A stretch of 41,830 nt of DNA, taken from the NCBI GenBank assembly GCA_028686145.1, contig JAQUCQ010000001.1, positions 1 to 41,830 on the forward strand. Reading direction: 5' to 3'. The DNA is from Desulfuromonadaceae bacterium (GTDB taxonomy: Bacteria; Desulfobacterota; Desulfuromonadia; Geobacterales; Pseudopelobacteraceae). Of the stretch, positions 35,958 through 41,830 are shown in pieces (position 1 is the stretch's first letter; each line of letters starts with the position of its first letter). The notes under the pieces are model-generated. The model had not been told where the DNA came from. It saw nothing but the letters and a program-made list of their open reading frames with translations, and did not search any database. The translations under genes and the position numbers were made by a program.

Positions 35958-37706
35958 TCAGTACTCATTGTTTATTGTCTTCAACCAGTCATCCAACTTT
36001 GCAAGCAAGTCTTCAAGAATCAACGGTTTAGGAAGATGGTCATCCATCCCTGCCTCGATACATATGTCACGATCCTGTTTCATGGCATTGCCGGTGAGCG
36101 CAATGATCGGGATATCGTGCCAGCGTACTGCTGAGGCAGGATCGCGGATGACCGCGGTGACTTCATAGCCGCTCATGTCCGGCATCATGCAATCCATCAG
36201 TACTACTGCATAATCGTTATGTTGCAGTGCGTGCAATGCTTCGGTGCCGTTACGTGCCACATCAACATGATAGCCATAGTTTTTCAGCAGCTTGGGAACT
36301 ATTTTCTGGGCTGTCGGATCATCATCAGTCAACAGGATACGGATTTCAGCAGAGTCTTTCCCTCTTTTATAGAGGAAATTGAGGGGCATTTGTCTGAGGT
36401 GGAGATCTCTCACGTGTTGTTTTTCCATTGTCACGGTGAACCAGAAGGTAGAACCCTGGCCCTCAACGCTATTTACTCCGATAGTTCCCCCCATCAATTC
36501 TACCAACTCTTTACATATTGTTAAACCAAGTCCGGTACCGCCATATGTGCGGGTCGTGGTGTTGTCGGCCTGGGTAAAGGGTTCGAAAATATATTTCAGC
36601 TTGTCGGCCGCTATGCCGATGCCGCTGTCTTGGACCAAAAAACGGAGCATAGCCGAATGCTCCGATTCGGTATCGATCTTGACCAGAAGGGTTACATAGC
36701 CCATCGCCGTGAATTTAATAGCGTTGCAGACCAGATTGGTAAGTACCTGACGCAGTCGCACTGCATCGCCGTTCAAGGCTGTTGGAACGCCGGTATCAAT
36801 AGAGTAGGTAAGTCTGATCCCTTTTTCGTGAGCTTTAAGTGCCAAAAAGTTGATGATTTCTGAAATCGTCGGTTTCAGGTCAAAGTCTATTGGGTCCGGC
36901 TCTATCTTGTGCGCTTCAATTTTTGACAGGTCGAGGATGTCGTTTAGCAGTTTCACCAGTGCAATACCGGAGAGTTTGGCGCTTTCGGCATATTCGCGTT
37001 GTTCTTCGGTTAGTACCGTATGCTGCAATAGTTCGATCATGCCGATAACACCATTCATCGGAGTGCGAATCTCGTGGCTCATGCTGGCCAGGAAGCGGCT
37101 CTTGGCAATGTTGGCTGCTTCGGCGGCAGTTTTTGCCTGGCGTAAATCTTCTTCAGCCTGTTTTCGGTATGTAATATCACTCACGGCGATACGGTATATG
37201 GGCGAGCCTGCGGTGTCCTGTGCAAGAATTGTTACCAGTTGTGCCCAGAATATTGTCCGGCCCATTTTTACCATCCGAAGTTCGTACGTCTGGGTTTCAC
37301 CGGTCTTTCGGAGCTTATTGTGATGTTTGTAATGAATCTCTTGGTCTTCAGGAAAGATGAATTGGGAAAAAGGTTGCTGAATCAACGTATTCCGAGCAAC
37401 ACCCAGCATGGTGCATGCCGTGAGATTGGCTTCCAGGATTATTCCGGTTTCGCTTATTGAGAAATAACCTGTTGGTGCCATGTCGTAGAGATCAAAATAA
37501 CGTGACCGCTCTGCCTCCAGTGCCTCCTGCGTCTTGCGAAGTTCCTCATTCTGCGTTTCAAGTTCGATCTGGTGCACCCGCAGTTCGTGCAGTACCTGTT
37601 CAGCAGGAAGTGCTTCCTGTGCTGGAAACGCACCTCTCTTGACGGCGTCCTCGGCCTGCGTGCGTAAATTCCGGTCTGGTTCAGGTTGTGCCTTTGTCTT
37701 TGGCAT
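35958..37706 (-). CDS. Hybrid sensor histidine kinase (coiled coil - PAS - HisKA - HATPase - receiver)
   Basis: The parts are HQIELETQNEELRKTQEALE followed by a PAS domain, the H-box FLASMSHEIRTPMNGVIGMIELL, the G-boxes QDSGIGI and GGTGLGLTICKELV, and a C-terminal receiver (ILLTDDD ... VLMDCMMPDMSG ... LPKP). Confidence 0.9.
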   Translation of the reverse strand: MPKTKAQPEPDRNLRTQAEDAVKRGAFPAQEALPAEQVLHELRVHQIELETQNEELRKTQEALEAERSRYFDLYDMAPTGYFSISETGIILEANLTACTMLGVARNTLIQQPFSQFIFPEDQEIHYKHHNKLRKTGETQTYELRMVKMGRTIFWAQLVTILAQDTAGSPIYRIAVSDITYRKQAEEDLRQAKTAAEAANIAKSRFLASMSHEIRTPMNGVIGMIELLQHTVLTEEQREYAESAKLSGIALVKLLNDILDLSKIEAHKIEPDPIDFDLKPTISEIINFLALKAHEKGIRLTYSIDTGVPTALNGDAVRLRQVLTNLVCNAIKFTAMGYVTLLVKIDTESEHSAMLRFLVQDSGIGIAADKLKYIFEPFTQADNTTTRTYGGTGLGLTICKELVELMGGTIGVNSVEGQGSTFWFTVTMEKQHVRDLHLRQMPLNFLYKRGKDSAEIRILLTDDDPTAQKIVPKLLKNYGYHVDVARNGTEALHALQHNDYAVVLMDCMMPDMSGYEVTAVIRDPASAVRWHDIPIIALTGNAMKQDRDICIEAGMDDHLPKPLILEDLLAKLDDWLKTINNEY

Positions 37707-37799
37707 CGTGCCTCACGGAGTTCCTGCGCATTACTTGTGGTTTGGCTTATAAGACAAATAGACCTGTATGCTTCAATTACAATGGTGCTGTCCGGTTAT

Positions 37800-38189
37800 T
37801 CAGCTGTGCTCATGGGCCAGAATTTTTCGTACCAGCTTCAATAGTTGTGTTGATACATATGGTTTGGGGAGCCACTTAACGTTATTAGTGCCGTGCGTTT
37901 TCAGCAGCACATTTTCAGTTGCATTGGCATAACCGCTTGTAAATATCACTTTTATGCCTGCTTCAATCGCACTGATATCCTCATAGGCGGCAATGCCGTT
38001 TTTCTTCGGCATATTTACGTCAAACAAAAGAAGCGTTATGCGCTCTTTGTTCTCCCGGAATTTTTGCACGGCATCCTCCCCATCAACGGCGCTAATAACC
38101 TCATAACCAAAGTTATCAAGCAGCAACAGAGTCATATTCCGCACATTCTCGTCATCTTCCGCCAGAAGTATGGTCTGTTTTCTAGGCAT
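37800..38189 (-). CDS. Single-domain response regulator (receiver only)
   Basis: The 129-aa CheY-like receiver has ILLAEDDENV, the phospho-acceptor context LLLFDVNMP, FTSGY and LPKPY. It sits upstream of the hybrid kinase on the same strand. Confidence 0.9.
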   Translation of the reverse strand: MPRKQTILLAEDDENVRNMTLLLLDNFGYEVISAVDGEDAVQKFRENKERITLLLFDVNMPKKNGIAAYEDISAIEAGIKVIFTSGYANATENVLLKTHGTNNVKWLPKPYVSTQLLKLVRKILAHEHS

Positions 38190-38342
38190 AGTGTCAATCC
38201 CTTTTCTGTTGGAAAGGCGCTGCAGTGAAAGACTGGTTGCGTATCCCCAGGATATTAATTATAGCAGGCAATTGTGTATTGAAAAGAACGAGATAAAAAA
38301 TAACGCAGGATAACGGGTCATCGATAGCTATCTGGTGTTTTT

Positions 38343-38382
38343 TTGACATCGGTCAAGCAATGCCGCCTAAAACTGGTATAGT
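38343..38382 (+). promoter_or_regulatory. hcp promoter: FNR/CRP-family box plus an extended -10
   Basis: A perfect palindrome TTGAC-ATCG-GTCAA lies at 38343-38356. An extended -10 TGgTATAGT lies at 38374-38382. The box centre falls about 40 nt upstream of the inferred transcription start, which is class II geometry. The hcp ATG is at 38456 and is preceded by AAGGAGG. Confidence 0.55.
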
Positions 38383-38455
38383 TTGCAGATAGTCAATCTG
38401 TATTACTTACGTACTTGTGCCCACAGGGCCACAGTCTTAAAGGAGGAATAAAACA

Positions 38456-40057
38456 ATGAGTATGTTCTGTAATCAATGTGAGCAGGCTGCAAACGGTACC
38501 GGCTGTAATATCTCGGGTGTCTGCGGCAAAAAACCGGAAGTGGCGGCACTGCAGGATCATCTGCTATACGGTCTGAAGAGTCTGGCTCTCTATGCCGGAA
38601 AAATTGGCCGTAACGCCGAAGTAGACCGTTTTACCATTGAAGCCCTCTTCAGCACGGTTACCAACGTTGATTTTGAAGCAGCACGTATCGGCGGCCTGAT
38701 CAAACAATGCTACGAGTTGAAAGAGAAGGCCAAGGCCGCTGCCGGTGTGACCATCAGCAGGACAGAGGCCGGCTGGAAGCCGGCTGATGATTTGGTTGGC
38801 ATGATTGCCCAAGGTGAGCAGCATGGCATCAATACCCAGCACGTCAATGAAGACATCCGTTCCGTGATCGAAATCCTCATGTATGGCCTGAAGGGCATGG
38901 CCGCTTACATGGACCACGCCATGATCCTTGGCAGGAGTAATGACGAGGTAATGGCCTTTTTCCAAAAAGCACTTGCCGCCACGACTGATCCCAACCTCGG
39001 CCTGATGGACTTCGTCGGGCTCGCTATGGAATGCGGCAAGCAAAACCTGACCGTCATGGGGTTGCTTGACAGTGCCCACACTGAGACCTATGGCCATCCG
39101 GTACCGACTGCAGTACAGCTTGGCACCAAGGCCGGCAAGGCAATTCTCGTGACCGGCCACGACCTGAAGATGCTGGAAGAATTGCTTAAACAGACTGAAG
39201 GCACGGGCATCAACATCTACACCCACGGCGAGATGCTGCCAGCACACGGCTATCCCGGTCTGAAAAAATATGCCCACCTGGTCGGCAACTTCGGCGGTGC
39301 ATGGCAGGACCAAGCCAAAGAGTTCGTCAACTTCCCCGGTGCAATTATCTTCAACACCAACTGCATCCAGAAGCCCTCTGCTAGTTACACAGACCGTCTC
39401 TACACCTGGGGGCTCGTCGCCTGGCCGGATGTAAAGCATGTTGACGGCTGGGATTTCTCGGCGGTCATCAACAAGGCCCTTGAGCTTCCCGGCTTCCCGG
39501 ACAACCCCGGCCAGGAAATCCTGACCGGTTTTGGTCACAATGCCGTATTGGGAGTGGCTGACAAAATTATCACTGCAGTCAAAAGCGGAGCCATCAAGCA
39601 CTTTTTCCTCATCGGTGGCTGCGACGGTGCCAAGTCGGGACGTAACTACTACACCGAATTTGCCGAAAAGCTTCCGCAGGATACGGTTATCATGACCCTG
39701 GCGTGTGGCAAATACCGTTTCAACAAACTGGAGTTCGGTGACATTGGCGGTATCCCGCGCCTGCTGGATATCGGCCAGTGCAACGACGCCTATTCTGCCA
39801 TCCAGATTGCCATAGCCTTGGCAGGCGCCTTCGAATGCGGCGTCAACGACCTGCCGCTTTCGATGATTCTTTCCTGGTACGAGCAGAAGGCGGTGGTAAT
39901 TCTCCTGACCCTGCTCCACCTCGGCATTAAGAACATCAAGCTCGGGCCGACACTACCGGCGTTCATTACTCCCACAATCCTCAACTTCCTGGTTGAGAAC
40001 TTCAATATCGGCCCGATTACTACCGTTGAAGCTGATATGAAGGCAATTCTTGGTTAG
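38456..40057 (+). CDS. hcp: Hybrid cluster protein / hydroxylamine reductase (class I Cys spacing)
   Basis: The N-terminal motif is C-x2-C-x8-C-x5-C (MFCNQCEQAANGTGCNISGVCGK). Conserved Hcp blocks include GHDLKMLEELLKQTEGTGINIYTHGEMLPAHGYP, FFLIGGCDG and LDIGQCNDAYSA. Confidence 0.95.
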   Translation: MSMFCNQCEQAANGTGCNISGVCGKKPEVAALQDHLLYGLKSLALYAGKIGRNAEVDRFTIEALFSTVTNVDFEAARIGGLIKQCYELKEKAKAAAGVTISRTEAGWKPADDLVGMIAQGEQHGINTQHVNEDIRSVIEILMYGLKGMAAYMDHAMILGRSNDEVMAFFQKALAATTDPNLGLMDFVGLAMECGKQNLTVMGLLDSAHTETYGHPVPTAVQLGTKAGKAILVTGHDLKMLEELLKQTEGTGINIYTHGEMLPAHGYPGLKKYAHLVGNFGGAWQDQAKEFVNFPGAIIFNTNCIQKPSASYTDRLYTWGLVAWPDVKHVDGWDFSAVINKALELPGFPDNPGQEILTGFGHNAVLGVADKIITAVKSGAIKHFFLIGGCDGAKSGRNYYTEFAEKLPQDTVIMTLACGKYRFNKLEFGDIGGIPRLLDIGQCNDAYSAIQIAIALAGAFECGVNDLPLSMILSWYEQKAVVILLTLLHLGIKNIKLGPTLPAFITPTILNFLVENFNIGPITTVEADMKAILG

Positions 40058-40077
40058 GAGAAAAAAACAACAGTAAA

Positions 40078-40115
40078 CCATGAACGCCCCACTGTCCAAT
40101 GTGGGGCGTTCATGG
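40078..40115 (+). terminator. 15-bp perfect hairpin after hcp (terminator or processing-type stem, no T-tract)
   Basis: CCATGAACGCCCCAC (40078-40092) pairs with GTGGGGCGTTCATGG (40101-40115) around an 8-nt loop. It lies 20 nt after the hcp stop. No U-run follows it. Confidence 0.4.
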
Positions 40116-40156
40116 CTACTCTTCGGATTGCTACACACGCTACCACGGGAGGCTAC

Positions 40157-40588
40157 ATGGACAGACTTTTGGAGCAGCTGGTCGAGCAGGCACCGGATGC
40201 AATGCTCGTTGCGGACACGAAAGGAATTATCCGCTTCTGGAACAGCGGGGCAGAGCAGATGTTCGGCCATACTGCCGCCGAAGCTGTTGGCCAATCACTT
40301 GATCTTATTATTCCGGAAAATCTGCGGAGCCGCCACTGGGAAGGTTATGGGCGGGTGATGGCATCCGGAGAGACGAAATACCAAACCGGTCTGCTCTCGT
40401 CACCAGGCATCCGTAAGGACGGGATCCGGGTGTCGCTGGAATTCAGCATGGTGCTGTTGCATGACGAAAACGGCGTCATGCAGGGCTGCGCATCGGTCAT
40501 GCGGGATGTGACAGAGCGGTGGAAAAAAGAGAAGGAATTGAAAGAGCGATTGAGTGCGTGCGAAACAAAACTGGCGAGGCCAAAGTGA
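40157..40588 (+). CDS. Stand-alone PAS domain protein with a FixL-like heme-pocket motif
   Basis: ORF 40112..40588. I prefer ATG 40157 (MDRLLEQLVEQAPDAMLVADTKGIIRFWN) because the 40112 ATG lies inside the hairpin. It is a single PAS fold plus a short coiled-coil tail. The motif is IIPENLRSRHWEGYGRVMASGE ... GIRKDG, with the His codon at 40334-40336. Confidence 0.8.
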   Translation: MDRLLEQLVEQAPDAMLVADTKGIIRFWNSGAEQMFGHTAAEAVGQSLDLIIPENLRSRHWEGYGRVMASGETKYQTGLLSSPGIRKDGIRVSLEFSMVLLHDENGVMQGCASVMRDVTERWKKEKELKERLSACETKLARPK

Positions 40589-40726
40589 GCCGGTACAGCT
40601 TGTGATGCAGAACCGATTTCGCCACGCAGGATGCAAATATCGTCGAAACAATGGTATCATGTGACTATACATAAAAATGACAAGAGCCCTTTTACCACCT
40701 AAGTAGATTGTAAAACGGAGGATACC

Positions 40727-41281
40727 ATGAAGCGCATATTTATAGTGATTATCACTCTAATAGTGTTGGTGCCGTTGAATGTCTTGGCAGAGACCTACAC
40801 CATCGATCCTGCCAATACCACTATCCAGTTCAAGGTCAGAAACATGCTGGTCATGAATGTCAGGGGTACTTTTGATAAATTCAAGGGAACGGTAGATATT
40901 GATGAAACGGATATTACCAAATCAAAGGCGGACATCAGTATCGATGCCGCTTCGATTAATACCGGCATTGACATGCGTGACAAAGATCTGCGCAGCCCTA
41001 ATTTTTTTGATGTTGCAAAATTCCCGGCCATGACGTTCGTCACAACCAAGGTGGAAGCGGGTACAGCAGATAACCTGAAGGTGATTGGCAACCTGACAAT
41101 CAAAGGTGTGACCAAAGAGGTTACATTAACGATCGTCGACCCGAAAAGACTGCTGGATGGACCCAAGCGGGGTGCGATTGCCACTGCCACAATCAACCGT
41201 CAGGATTTTGGCATAAGCAAGGGGGCGGTAATTTCCGACACGGTTTTTATTACCGTTACAACGGAGCTTGTTAAACAGTAA
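40727..41281 (+). CDS. yceI: YceI-family periplasmic (polyisoprenoid-binding-like) protein
   Basis: A signal peptide is followed by YTIDPANTTIQFKVRNMLVMNVRGTFDKFKGTVDID ... IDAASINTGIDMRDKDLRSPNFFDVAKFP ... LTIKGVTKEV, the YceI-like domain pattern. Confidence 0.85.
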   Translation: MKRIFIVIITLIVLVPLNVLAETYTIDPANTTIQFKVRNMLVMNVRGTFDKFKGTVDIDETDITKSKADISIDAASINTGIDMRDKDLRSPNFFDVAKFPAMTFVTTKVEAGTADNLKVIGNLTIKGVTKEVTLTIVDPKRLLDGPKRGAIATATINRQDFGISKGAVISDTVFITVTTELVKQ

Positions 41282-41362
41282 AGCAGCCCCGTTCGGCGCG
41301 GGCAGTATTTCTCCCGACAATGTAACGATAGGAGGACCCTGGCCAGCCAGGTAAAGAAACTG

Positions 41363-41830
41363 CTAGTGCAGGCGCCACGCAGCAGATTGGCTGGTGCTGC
41401 GGCCACAGAGCACCACGGCGCACCAGCCCAACGCACTGCTCGCAGCCATTGTGGCGGTCATCGGCACTGCCGTGCCGTTGTGGTACATTCCCACGAATGC
41501 TCCTGCGCTTGCACCGAGTGAATACTGTATCGTTCCCAGAAGTGCCGACGCGCTCCCTGCCGTCTTATCGAATGGTTCCAAAGCAAGTGCAGTCACGTTT
41601 GGATAAAGAAATCCCGTCATGCTCAGGCAGATGAACAGGAGGATGACTTGAACGGGGAAACCGCCAATTTCTGTCATCCCAGCAACCGTGAGCAGAAGGG
41701 CTGCCGCTGCATTAATAGTGAACGTAACATGCAAAATGCGCTGCGCGCTGAAACGTTTTAGAAGCCTGCGGTTGAACGGTGATGCTCCAATCAGTCCACA
41801 GGCATTGGCGCCGAAGAAGAGGCCGAAATG
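41363..41830 (-). CDS. MFS transporter, Bcr/CflA-like (3' part; continues past the right edge)
   Basis: The ORF-track entry 41363..41734 begins at an internal TTG. Hand translation shows the frame stays open to 41830 (HFGLFFGANACGLIGASPFNRRLLKRFSAQRILHVTF...). Hydrophobic helices and FLYPNVTALALEPFDKTAGSASALLGTIQ resemble the C-terminal half of Bcr/CflA-type drug:H+ antiporters. Confidence 0.7.
   Translation of the reverse strand, partial: HFGLFFGANACGLIGASPFNRRLLKRFSAQRILHVTFTINAAAALLLTVAGMTEIGGFPVQVILLFICLSMTGFLYPNVTALALEPFDKTAGSASALLGTIQYSLGASAGAFVGMYHNGTAVPMTATMAASSALGWCAVVLCGRSTSQSAAWRLH

Noticed and set aside
38564-39919. 451-aa ORF on the minus strand, the longest unexplained ORF in the track
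   Set aside because: It lies entirely antisense to hcp, whose product has unmistakable Hcp motifs. The antisense translation is low-complexity (rich in V/G/A/L/D) with no recognisable motif. It is a typical shadow ORF in a stop-poor frame.
1-41830. Whole-window look for CRISPR arrays, tRNA/rRNA genes, IS elements with terminal inverted repeats, integrases, toxin-antitoxin pairs or known defence systems
   Set aside because: I saw no regularly spaced direct repeats, and no transposase, integrase, nuclease or helicase-like ORFs. All ORFs over 100 aa not assigned above are antisense shadows of assigned genes. An eye scan cannot exclude small RNAs or short repeats. tRNAscan, Infernal and a self-dot-plot would settle this.

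Overview
The gene content and order suggest a chromosomal window from a Geobacter/Desulfuromonas-like deltaproteobacterium. That taxonomic guess is inference only.

Left to right, the window holds:
- a split pair of CHR chromate-transporter genes (the left one is truncated by the window edge)
- mtnA and glnE, tightly packed
- a translationally coupled def-fmt-DUF116 operon
- a 69-aa orphan ORF and an HDOD signalling protein
- an AT-richer two-gene block with a NapH-like membrane polyferredoxin and an L-2-hydroxyglutarate oxidase
- an exported TPR protein with a polylysine tail, followed by a 1167-aa divergent GH13 alpha-amylase-family protein
- a 13-gene minus-strand flagellar operon, flhA-flhF-flhG-fliA-flgF-flgG-flgA-flgH-flgI-flgJ(rod-binding only)-flgN-flgK-flgL, with a sigma-54-type -24/-12 element upstream of flhA
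- exported msrA and msrB, and ssb with a clean terminator
- a second AT-richer block with a Cache-PAS-PAS histidine kinase, a secreted 248-aa protein and a Tyr/Gly-rich mini-lipoprotein
- a response regulator plus hybrid kinase transcribed divergently from hcp
- class-I hcp with a class-II FNR/CRP-type promoter, a stand-alone PAS protein with a FixL-like heme pocket, yceI, and an edge-truncated MFS transporter

I recognised no rRNA, tRNA, CRISPR array, IS element, prophage or known defence system, and I have no search tools.

The candidates I rank highest for genuinely undescribed biology are:
- the hcp / FixL-like PAS module
- the divergent giant GH13 with its TPR partner
- the polyferredoxin-LhgO pair
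- the Tyr/Gly-rich lipoprotein
- the DUF116 gene coupled to def-fmt

All functional calls rest on motif recognition from memory and need homology searches to confirm.
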